64,000 nucleotides of DNA from Veleropilina oligotropha. Its lineage: Eukaryota. A model generated the notes under the pieces. The model did not search any database. It was not told where the DNA came from and saw only the letters and a list, made by a program, of their open reading frames with translations. Both the position numbers and the translations under genes were made by a program. The stretch lies in assembly GCA_048128005.1 (NCBI GenBank), contig JBEUKZ010000006.1, positions 310,001 to 374,000 on the forward strand. The letters are read 5' to 3'. Shown here in pieces: positions 44,601-56,600 of this stretch; within the stretch, counting starts at the first letter, position 1, and each line of letters starts with the position of its first letter.

Positions 44601-47600
44601 TTACTCTTGCCATAATAGTCATATTATCGCTAACCGGAAACAGTGAATAAAGTCACATTTAGGCACTTATTAAGTCAAAACGTACCACGATTACCTCCCC
44701 TGCTCCCGCTCTCTAAGTTCCCCCGGCGAGATCTCGCCAAGTCTCGCGAGATATCCGAGCTCGAGATCACAAGACCTCAATTCAAAGTTCAGAACCCCAA
44801 AGGAACTTAGTAGAGGGGAGGAATGCGAAACGCAGGGTGGGTAATCGTGGTAAGGATGTAAGTATGTTTTAACTAATATTAGGTTTACTTAAAAACCTCA
44901 TATGTAGTTACAAACTTACTTACGTCCTTACTCTTGCCAGAATAACCTTGGATAGGTGGGTAAGAAGTTCCTTACAACAACCCAAACAAGATAATGACTT
45001 ACTTTTCACCATTTCAATCAGCTCGAAGCGTCGATTGTGTCCGCCCAGAGTGGAATTTACTGAGAATTATATTCAACTCTTACCAAGCGAGAATTTCGAC
45101 CAGTGTTACCGGGAGAATACGCCGTGGTGTTAGTCGGACAAGGTGAACGGAAGTGCAATCAGCCCCAGGCACGGCCGGAAGGATGGATCCCTGTAGGTCT
45201 TACGTGTCATGGGCCAGTGGCAGCCAAATGGTACTCCTGGCCAAAGGCCGGTAGCCAGAGGATGCAGTCGGATTTGTAAGCACACGGAACCTAACAGGTT
45301 GTGAAAGCTTGAAATCAAAAGCAAAGAATTAATAGATTAAATAACTAATCGATATTAATAATTGATTCGCATGACCAACTTGCGAAATGCTAACATGTAA
45401 GACATGTTACTTAAAAATAATTTTAAGGAAGCAAATATTAAAAAATTTTCAATGTCTTGAACATCGTATGTTCGATAACAGCATAGAACATCAAATAATA
45501 TTGAACCTGAAAACCTATAAGATTTTCGCAATATAATTGTTTATTAAATTCAATGTGATCTGGCTTGTCAATATACTCAGGTATGACATGAAGTACAAAA
45601 TCTTAAAATGTTTTTAAGAAATGAACATACATTGAATTGCCTCATATGTGTCTATTTCATAGAACAGCTAGGCCAACAAATAACATTGCGTCAGCAAAAT
45701 TATGTAAATTGATCAATCAAGAAACAATACTCACTGATTAGACGACCTCGGTCTAACAATACATCGTTGAGCAGCGACACACTGTAAGCTGCTCAAACCA
45801 TCAGCACCGGTAGAATAGTCCCGCAGATAATGCTTAACAAAGACATTGGCATTCTTCCAGTAACCGGCTTGAAGCAACGCTGTGATATTTAAATTATGTC
45901 GGAAGGCAATTGAAGCCGCAATTGCACGGACCTCATGCGCGCGCACAGTTAAAATAGTGCGGTCTACTTCTTCACAGCGAGAGTATACATCTCTCACCAC
46001 CTGTGAAATCCACCGCGAAACAGTAGTCTTTGTAATGTCGCGGGTGAAAGAAGGTAGATACGAAATGAATAAACGTAATTTACCCTGCCGCAGATCACGG
46101 GTCCTGTCGAGGTAGAAGCGCAGGGCCCGTACGGGGCAATTTAACCGGTCTTCGTCGTGCCTTCCGACCAGCGTAAGCTTAGGGATAATAATATCGGGTG
46201 CGTCCTCGTTCGGCCGTTGGTTCTTGGCTAGAAAGCCCAAGATTGGACGCAGCATCACCGACCCGTCTGACTGGAATCGAATATCTCGTAGCTCGGCGGA
46301 TAAACTATGAATCTCGGAACAACGCCTGCCCGACGCTAAGGCGATCAGAAAAACCGTTTTGTGCGTTAAGTTCCTCATGGTTACCGTGGACATCGGCTCA
46401 TACGGAGGTAAGAGTAGAGCGTTAAGAATAAGTACGATATTCCAGGCAGGTGGCTTAATGGTTCGGGTCGGCATCTCGAGTTCGTATGATCGCATAAAAT
46501 CCGAAATCGTTCGGTCGCTTGATAGGCCTACATGGGCACGGCACTGTTTTAACGTGGTCGCGACCGTAGCCCGATAGCCTTTGACGGCGGACACTGACAT
46601 ACCGCGTGCAAAGAGCGACGATAAAAACTCGATAAACTTGTTCACAGGGGGACGGAGTATATTGACCTGCCTGCTGTGACACCAATCCACGTACTTGACC
46701 CATCGGTAGTCATAAACTTTTGTCGTGGAAATCCTTCTCGATCGATAGATGCGTAGGGCTGTTGCGTGAGAAAATCCTTTCTTAGCAAGGGATCGTTCGA
46801 TAACCGCCAGGCGTGTAAACGTAAGTCGTTCGGCGATGGGTGTAGTACACGGGAGCGCGGCTGCATTAACAGGTCTAGTTTCTGCGGTAGCGCTAATGGT
46901 CGATCGACGATCAGATCGAGGAGGGTCGGAAACCAAGGTTGCGTGCGATACAGGGGCGCTATTAGCGTTATCTCGCAACGTTCGTTCGATGCCTTCTGTA
47001 ATACCAGTGATAGAATGCACGACGGGGGGAAGGCATATGCGGACAGATTCTCCCATGTCATTGACAGTGCGTCGACCGCTAGGGCGGCCGGGTCCGGGTA
47101 CGGGGAGACATACAGAGGTAGTCGGTAATTGAACTCTGTTGCAAACAGATCGACTAGGGGTTGCGACCACCGGCGACAAACGTCCCGAGCTACTCGGCTG
47201 TGTAGCGTCCACTCTGTGTGTATAATCTGTGATTTCCGAGAGAGCGCGTCCGCTCTGACATTCAGCTTTCCCGGGATGTGTCGGGCTCGAATCGTCGAGT
47301 TGAGGGACATCACTAGGCGGTGTAGGTCTATTGCTCGGTCGCAAAGGGGACGCGAGCGAGTGCCGCCCTGGTGCTGGATGTAAGCGACGACAGTCGTGTT
47401 GTCCGTGGCGAGCATTATGTGCTTGTTGCGGAGATGTGACGAGAGGGACCGTACTGACAGGTAGACGGCTTCTAACTCTAGGAAGTTGATATGTCGTCCC
47501 TGAAGGTCCGTCGGCCATAGGCCTGATGTCTCGTAACTGTCGAGGTGACCACCCCAGCCGTCGTTCGAAGCGTCTGTGAACAGGTAAGCGTTCGGCTCTG

Positions 47601-50600
47601 GCGGGGATATAGGAACCGACTGGTCCGGCAAAGCAGGGTTCAACCACACTGCTGTTGTGTTGGTAAACCAATGCCGAAGATCGATGCGATCCGTCCACTG
47701 CCCCGTCCGTTGTATCCAGCGATCCCTGAACGCCTGTTGTAACGGTCGTTTGTCCATGCGACCCGTCGGTAGCAGGGTCGCTACCGACTCGATGTGCCCC
47801 AGGACAGTGGCCAGTTGTCGCGCCGTAGTTATGTCCGATGACAGGGTGTCTTGGATAACCGCGCGTAGGTTCCGCATACGCTTCTGGGTCGGCTTCGCGG
47901 TGTACCGGACCGTATCGAAGTCGACTCCGAGGAACGTAAACATCGTCGAGGGTACGAAGCAGGATTTTGTCTCGTTGATCTGAAATCCCAGGCGCTTCGT
48001 CGATGACAGGGTAAAGCTCGTAGACCGGAGGCACAGATCCCGGGACGCCCCGAGGATCAGCCAGTCGTCGAGGTACATATGTACCCTGTGCCCTAGTGAG
48101 TGTAGGAAGGCCCCTAGGGCCTGTACTGTTCTCGTGAAGACGTAAGGGGCTGACGATAGACCGAACGGTAGGCACCTGAATTGGTAGATCGTCTCCCCGT
48201 GTATAAACCGAAGGTACTGATGAGCCGTGACATGCATCGGGACATGCAGATACGCGTCGGTCAGATCGATAGACGCTGCCCAGTCGCCCGGACGGATGGC
48301 CGCTCGAATCTTCGAGAGGGTTTCTTGCTGGAATTTCTCGGTACGAAGATATCGGTTGAGATACGAGAGATCGAGGATCGGTCGCCAGCGGCCATCGGGT
48401 TTCGGGACCGGAAGAAATGGCTGTAAAATCCTGGTGTGCTGGGCGGCGCGGGATATATCGCTCTTTTTAGGAGCAAATCCCAAACTGCCTGGTCTAAGAC
48501 CGCTTGTTTCTCTCCGTTTAGGAGGCGAGCGTGTCTTGATGGTGGTGCCTCGGTTAAGGTCGGATGCCGGTTGAATGCCAACTTGTATCCAGCACTCACG
48601 ACTAAGTGGACCCAGTTGCTGTCTGTCAGCTCCAGCCACGACTGGCTGTGCGCTAACAGGCACGCTCCCACCGGCGGAAGCGGGCAACTGGGACCGTCGC
48701 GAATGCCGGCAGCCCTAGGGCCGAGGCTTCCCTCTCCCGCTCTGCTTACGGGATTTCGCTGGAGGTGCTTGCCTCTTTGGAGTGGGTTTATTGGCCGGAG
48801 GCCTACCACCCGAAGAGGGCTTCGCACGCTTAGAAGGCTTCGGGGCCCGGGTGGGCCCTGAGCGCTTCCTCGAGTCGGCAGGTGGACCCCGAACGGGGTG
48901 CAGTACCGCCTTCTCGATGGCACGGTCCTTCATGTCCGCCGCTCTCTTGTCAATGAACTCCGAAAAGTTGTCACCAAAGAGAGTGGTGGCCGAGCAAGGC
49001 ACGCATCGCAACGAGCGCCGGGTGGCCTCGTCTAGCGAGGTGCCTTCCAGGCAAGCATCCCTACGAAGTAAGAGTGCATTGCCCAGGACACGTCCCGTCT
49101 CCAACGCGCTGGTCTCCTGTGCGGCAGCAACCTCCTGGAGGAAGGACAGGGCAGCCTCGTGGGCGCCGGGTCCATCCTCCTGTAGTACGGCTATCGCGCC
49201 GTCCAAGAAAAAATCCTGAACAGACGATAGCCGTAGAGCCCGTCGGGCGGCGCTCTCGAAAGCTTCCAAGGCGCCACGGAGGGAGTGTGACTGGCGGTCA
49301 GTCGACGCAACGAAGCGTCTACATGAGCCGGCTCAGTCGCCAGGCACGGACCAGTACAGGCGAACGGGATCGCTCGCGAACTGGCCCGGAGGTACCTCCC
49401 ACTACGGAACCCCGAAGGGAACTCGGTCAGCGGGGAGGACTCCACCGGATTGCGCCCCTGAATGAGCTTGGTTGTCGAGTCAACGACAAGATCAACCAGC
49501 CCAGACTGAGGTAAGGAGGGGAGCTCGGGGGCTTCCCTCGCAACAAACCGATGTGCTGCCGTCCTGTGCTTGACTACGTCTACGGCCGACCGAGTCGGTT
49601 CCGACAAGCCAAGCACCCCGCGAAGTGACGCAACGGCGTCGAGCCTTCGGCGGGTGGAGGAGGTCGGCTCCTGCGTGCCTGAAAGACTAACGTCTTCGGG
49701 CCCGACCGATTCAGGGAGGTCGGAGTGAAGGGAACCGAGGTCCTCGTCGGAACGAGGGTCGATCTCCATCACGGAGGCAGGAGCCGTGCTCTGCGCCATG
49801 GGCAGATGTGTAGGTACCAGGCGCGGCTGGGGAGCCGTCGGCCAGGCCTTACACCGTTCCTCGATCCCCGCCGCGATCCATGCCTGGACGTTCTCCAAAG
49901 AGAAACCCTGAGGCAGGACGGGCGTCGAACTAACAGCCGGTAGTTCAGTCGAGGAAACCGTGGCGCTAGGTAGACGGGCTGCATAGACAGGTGGGGCCGA
50001 GGACCAGGGTCCTAGGGCACTTGTCGAGGGGTCGAACCCGAAGGGCTGGCCCGAAGGCGCAGTCAGTGGGCCGGACGACCGATAGAACTGCGGCAACAGT
50101 TCAGATCGGTCTACCACTCTGTTCGGGAGAGGCACGGTCGGAAAACCGCCGTAGAACCCCGTCCCGAACGCAGCCGGTCTGTCCACGTTCTCTAGCGTGA
50201 CCATCGTGGGTGCACGGGAAAGAACGGGCCCTCTGAATGTCTCGTGAGCTTCGAGGTTGAGCGGAAAACCCTTAGGGGTAGTCGCGTCGGTCTCGAACGA
50301 GGATTCAGGTGTCGCCAATTGTCCGGATCTTAGACCTTCGAACAGGTGCCCGGCCTCTTTAAAGGCTTTCTCTGCATTGAGTCTGTCCCCGTCGCTAGAC
50401 GGAGAGTTTCCCGCAGAAGGACTAACTGGCCCCTGATTCTTCGAGGCCGAAGAATAGGAAGGGGATCGTCTGCCCTGTTCAGCTGTTCGCTGCGCTGCCA
50501 GATATACCTTGCTAGCCGGCAAGGTATGGTTGGCTGCAGCTACTAGGCCCGGTCGAGGAGTAAGGGTCGGCACTCGGGCCTTTACCAGAATCCGGGGTCC

Positions 50601-53600
50601 CGGCAAGGGTTCGGTGACTCCCCCAAGAGTCGCGGAGGTTTCGCCGGTAGATCCGGCGACAGACGGAGCCCTACGTCGGCTGTCGTCCCTGGCCCCAGAA
50701 GTCCCTGAAGCAGACAAAGAAGAATTATCCCTTAACTTACCAGTCTCTTCAATCAGCCCCTTTTCCAGACCCTTCTCTGGATTACGGCCCACCGTGGCAG
50801 TCGCCCTGGTCGACTTACCCGGGTGGGATAGAACCGCCCACTGCTTCTCTGATAAAAGAATGCACAAATCACATTGAAGTTTACGACTACAACTACGGTG
50901 AATACGGCATTCCGTGTGCTTATCAAACCCGTGAATTTTCTGGTTACACCCGGAGCTACTGCACCGGACCATAGCTGAATACACGGGAGGGAGGTAGTGG
51001 GTAAACGGGGTAGGTAAATAGGTATATATATGGTAGTTGTGACTTTTACTACGACAACTCTCAGAATTGCCCTGATCTGAAGATCAAAGATCAAGCGATA
51101 TACCGCAAAAAACCCCGAACTGGGAACACCGAGGTCGGGTATTTACCCGACACGACCCGGTAACCCGGCAAATTGACTAGACAAACGGGGGTTCTTTCTT
51201 CGAAAAAAACGCCCAGAAAAACACCTGAAAACCTCGTGGATGTTTTTATGTTAGTACAATGGCGTATTATCCCAGAAACGGCAGGATATCAGAAAAACGC
51301 AAGCGTGATATCAAAACGATCCTGCCTATTAACGACGCTAGAATTTTTATACAATAATAACCAGAAATAGCGTCGTTAAGGAATTATCCAATATAATGAG
51401 TTACCTGTTTGCAGTCTCAAACAATATCAGATAAAATACCGACCAGAAATTTCTTCTATTACACGAAACTTCCCCTCTGAGCGGCCATGCTTTTCCCTGC
51501 AACAGCGGCGATGTCGGTTTCACTGATTTTCAGAACTTCTTCGAAGCTTTAGAATCACAATCCTCCTTATTCACTTGTGTTTAGTATCCACAACACAGTG
51601 TAATTCCCCAACTTATATTATCTTCATGTATATAAGTGATATAGCGTCCTCGATTTAAACATATAAATCGTAGACAATTCGAAATATTTGCGGAGCAAAA
51701 ACACGTCTTTCCGTCTCGGCGGAAAACTTTGAATTGAGGTCTTGTGATCTCGAGCTCGGATATCTCGCGAGACTTGGCGAGATCTCGCCGGGGGAACTTA
51801 GAGAGCGGGAGCAGGGGAGGTAATCGTGGTACGTTTTGACTTAATAAGTGCCTAAATGTGACTTTATTCACTGTTTCCGGTTAGCGATAATATGACTATT
51901 ATGGCAAGAGTAAGGACGTAAGTAAGTTTGTAACTACATAGGCAATGATCTTCACAAGAAATTTTGTCTATTAAGGCAATAATGCCATGAAATAAAGAAT
52001 GTCTTATATTTTGGTCCGGCTAAAGATAGTATCCAAAAACAATAAAGACTTAAACTCTTTACCTTTGAGAACATCTGTATGTGGTATAGCACGTTGTATA
52101 GTCGAGACCTGTCCAGGTGGCGACATGCAGCCATCAGGTACGTCTCCCAGGCAACGAGTGATGGATCCACTGTGTACATCTCATCCAGAAGTATCGTCAG
52201 ATCACCCGCGTGCACGGCGGGGGTCAGCAGGCTCTCCAGGAATACGCTACTCATGCATTTCTGGAAACAAAAACAAAATAGATGTTCTTCAGAGTACGTA
52301 TTATGTGTCCTTACTATCCATGACAAAAATACAATATACTGTTGTCGAAAATAGATCAACAGTTGATCGTGAATAGAACTGACTTGGTAACAATAGTGTT
52401 ATTGAATAAGATTTGGGTTGATGTTTTAATCAACCTTCAGGTTCATACCAGAACATGCCCATATTATCGTGGAAGGAAAACCCGACCACCCAGGAAGTCG
52501 CTCACATCGGACAGTTATGGGCACCTGTGATTGCTAACTGAACAATGTTACCAGCTGTGGATTCGAACAAACTCCTGTTGCGGAAAAGCGAGCGCATTGA
52601 CAGCCCTCGCTCTTATCCACTCGACTACTGATGTGGCGCATTGACATTGTGGAGGTCGGCATTTAAGGTGTTCCTGAATTGTACCAATAGCGCATATAAT
52701 GCTGAATCTTGATCATGTTCTATCTTCAGCGAAACCGAGTCTCGAAATTAAACCAACAGATTATTTGACATATCTCTTACTTTTAGAATTATGTTATAGA
52801 AACCTGAGAATTCACATTCTCAAACAGTTACCTTGTATATTAATTCACATTCTACCATAAGATTCTGTTGCGTATCTGTTGCTGATCGAGTAATGCCGGA
52901 TAACTTACATAATCCAGGATGTATTTCACAGCTTTTTGCCAACAATTGTTTCGTCGGTAGAAGTCGACTGTAATGCCATGAGTGCCATACGCCTTGAGAT
53001 AAAAGCGACACTCCTGGAGTTGAGAAGCATCCAGACTCGACCCTTCAAAGTACCGCTGAAAACAATTTGATCAGCATTTTAATGCGATGGCAGATTAGTA
53101 AATGGATTGAGCATGGAATATTGAATGTGTAGTGTTACCCATGAAATTTTGAGTGGTTTCATTTCATTCAAATGGAAACAATGGTAGAAAACCATGACTG
53201 TCATTGCTACTGATTAAACAGTAAAAATGCCATGCAATAAGCACTTTGTTAGTGTCGTCAAGAGAAAATCTCAGCACTTACAGCAATCAAGATGTTACCT
53301 CAATTTCACCACATGCGTGCATGGAGTCCATCCATGACTACATGCACAAGAGCAACCCTCCACACATCGTTCTTAGTTATGTAATTAGGTGTACAAGACA
53401 GTTACCTTGTAAATTAATTTTTTAATATGAGGTGCGAGTGATTTTGAATATATAGTAGCCGATTTCTTTGATAACATATGCTGAATTCGCCTTAGGAAAA
53501 AATGTAATGGTTTCTTCATTTACATGGGACATATCATAAATAGCTTTCAATAGCTGTTACAGCCCAAATGTACATAGAACCGTGGTATGTATTAAAATAG

Positions 53601-56600
53601 ACTTTTGTCCATTTATAACACGTTACTATAATTATAGAGTCCATCATCGCCTCGATTAATCTCTCAGTTCTGTCATGAATGTCTACAATTTTCAATGTCT
53701 GGTATCAATAAATGAATGAACACATCACAATTTATCTGCCCATTTTATCAGAATCTGCTTTTAATTACTTCTTTGATTTCCAATATATTAAGGCCCACAT
53801 ATGAAGGAAATCTAAGAATCTTTTATAGAACATCCAGAAAAGATCATACGGAATATTACATAAATGAGGTTGAATACAAATAATAATTAATGCGCTAATA
53901 TTTTGTACGATAATACTGCTAAAGAAAATATAAAATATATCCAATCTACGTCTAGTGGCAGAGATGAAGTCCTTCTTACCACGGGAAGGGAGTACAGGAG
54001 TTTTTGCATTGAACCCGAGCTTGACTTCAGTAGCTGGACCTGAAATGCATATTAAGTTACAGCAAGACCGTTACCAAAGCTCTATGCCATGCAGCAGAAC
54101 CCGGACCCAAACAGATGCGGTAACCATTTGATTGACCATACTTGTTGTAAATCTACCAACCATCATTGGCAATACATTTATCAATATGGAACATTGTTAT
54201 TTCACCAAAAAGAAATAATATGTTCACCAATGTTTATAAGGCATATAGCACCATCTTCCATTTTCTTGAAATATTGCTTAGTAATACTGTATATAGCATT
54301 ATAAAGATTGGCAAAATCCCCAATAAATGGCAATCATTTGAGAAATAAAACATATTAGGGGTCAATACAGGCAAATTTATAATAGATAAATCGCATTTCT
54401 AAATACAGGCAAATTTATAATATACGAATTGCATTTCTAAATGCAAGCAACATTGATCAGACGAACATACTGATGAATAGCATTATGCAGTGTCTTTACA
54501 TCAAAGTGGTTAATGTTGTTTAATTCAAAAGAGCAAGTATAGCACAGAGCCATTCAGCAGCAAGATTGTTAATACAGCTCTATGCAGCAAGAGAACTAGC
54601 TAAGGGCATTGTTACAAAATCATGTACATGCATGGACTAACAGCTACTGCACACTAAGAATACACGCTTCACACTTTTGTGGAGTAGGATACATGATCAT
54701 CTTGCGAATATAATTATTATAATACGTAACGATTCAGCAGAAATCTTCCAAATATTTACGTTATTCACTTAATGGTTTACATCTGGTTATGACAAAAATG
54801 CTCTTAAAAGCTGCTCAAAGCAATGGGCTGTCTGAGCTGCTTAGTTTAATGACATCTGAGACAGAAAATGACGCTGGATGTCTGAACACGTATACAAACC
54901 TCCGTGTTGGCAGCACTGGGCATGGATTCCAAGCACTCAATAACGTCTGACAGCAGCTTGGAGGGCTGTGACTGGTGTCGGTCAACTGGTGCCTGAAAAT
55001 ATTTGACAATACAGCAAAAAATTCTTAACAGAACTGAACAGTTTAATCATTAAAATCATAGAATCTGATGCTCTATATCACATGTGACTGGTCTTGATAT
55101 ATTGAAATGATACGTAGAGAAGTTCTTTATGAGATTTAAATTCATCAATTAAACCATTAAATTGCATAGAACGATGCAGATCATAGCTATGATGCTCAGG
55201 ATCATGATCAAAATGAATTTAATATATTATTTTATTACTATTATTTCATTCCATTCATGGAAGCAGCAGATGAATAATGATCAAACAAGAAGACAAAGTC
55301 ATCAATATCCCCCGCAATGGTACAAGAACTGAAATACGTAGACTCATTGAAAGTTGGAATATATTGAAAACAGTTATGTGTCCTTGTTTATTTAACATTT
55401 TTCATAGGAGTAGTTATTTCCTGCTCAAAATGACATCTGTTAAGACTGTAGCATTTAACTTTCTCAAATTTCAACCATTTATATAATAATTATCTACTTT
55501 TATCACGTCTTGGTCGTTTTCCCATAGTGCAGCACTGTGTATTATTCATCGTAATACACATGTGTCAAACGCCATATCAAAATGCGATTGGCTGTTTACA
55601 AAGAGACGTTAAAGTAACCAATGAAAACGCAAGTGACGAAACATCATCCGAAAAATTGCCTATATAGAAACAATTCTGGCCAAACTCAACAAAAACGTAA
55701 TCGACGGTAACATGTCGCACATAGATGTTTGGACTACCGTTGTAAATTTTAAGCACAAATAGTATTCATTATTCTTTTTCATTTAGGTAACATATATAAA
55801 AATTTTGCATTTTATCTTCACATATTTGCTTGTTAATCTTTAATTATACTTTTACAAGCACGTAAACATTGTATTTCGTAGCAAATTTCACTATGTTTAG
55901 TAATGCGTGAGTATGACATCATTCCATCTGACTTACAATGCACCATAGTGTCAACGTCGCTACTTTCTAATAACGAAGTTGTGAATTGCTTTAAATTAAT
56001 TTTATCAAAAACAGACATGTGATAAATAGAACATCACATTCGTGGTGGTGTAATATCACATTTATGAAATTCGTTTAACTAATTTTCATATTTTCCTCGG
56101 CAAAGCCTTGGAAAATATGAAAATTGGTTAAACTCTTTTCATAAATGTGATATTACACCACCACTCATGTGAGATCCTCTATTTATGAAACATGTAGTCA
56201 CCAACTAGTGTCATGAATTTGGCGATATAAGTTGGGCTGGAGTGCCTCTTCCAACAATGGTACATTCATAACTACTATATGCTGTATGTTCTTGAAACTA
56301 CAATGGAATAAGCGCAATATCGTTGCTTGAAATAATAACAAGGGCAATAACTCTGTCATTAATCATCACACAGCGTCAAAATTATGAAAAGGCACCAGTT
56401 AGCCAACTACTGAATACACCCACCAAGTTTCGTAATGATAAGTCAAGCACTTTATGAGATATAGTGATAAATAACAAATTTTAAGCAAGGGCAATAACTC
56501 TATTAATAATTACCGTACAACGAAATTAGCGAAAGGCACAAGTTCACCAACTGCTTAATACACCCTCCAAATTGCATAAAGTTATGCTTAGAGGTTTATG

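Larger units (their letters stand above)
44553..51940 (-). mobile_element. Full-length DIRS1-type tyrosine-recombinase retrotransposon (7388 bp) in a ZFYVE26 intron
   Basis: Identical 200-bp inverted repeats (44590-44789 / 51725-51924), an internal complementary region at 44850-44939 matching both outer termini, gag, RT/RNaseH/MT and YR ORFs, and no target-site duplication. Confidence 0.97.

Noticed and set aside
45100..45300. GC-rich, hairpin-prone segment between YR and ICR as a ribozyme
   Set aside because: Short stems exist (gccgtg/cacggc, ggccag/ctggcc), but I could not fit hammerhead, twister or HDV cores. An Infernal/Rfam scan would decide.
45882..50877. Many plus-strand ORFs within the DIRS element
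   Set aside because: Antisense shadows of GC-rich coding sequence with no recognisable motifs.
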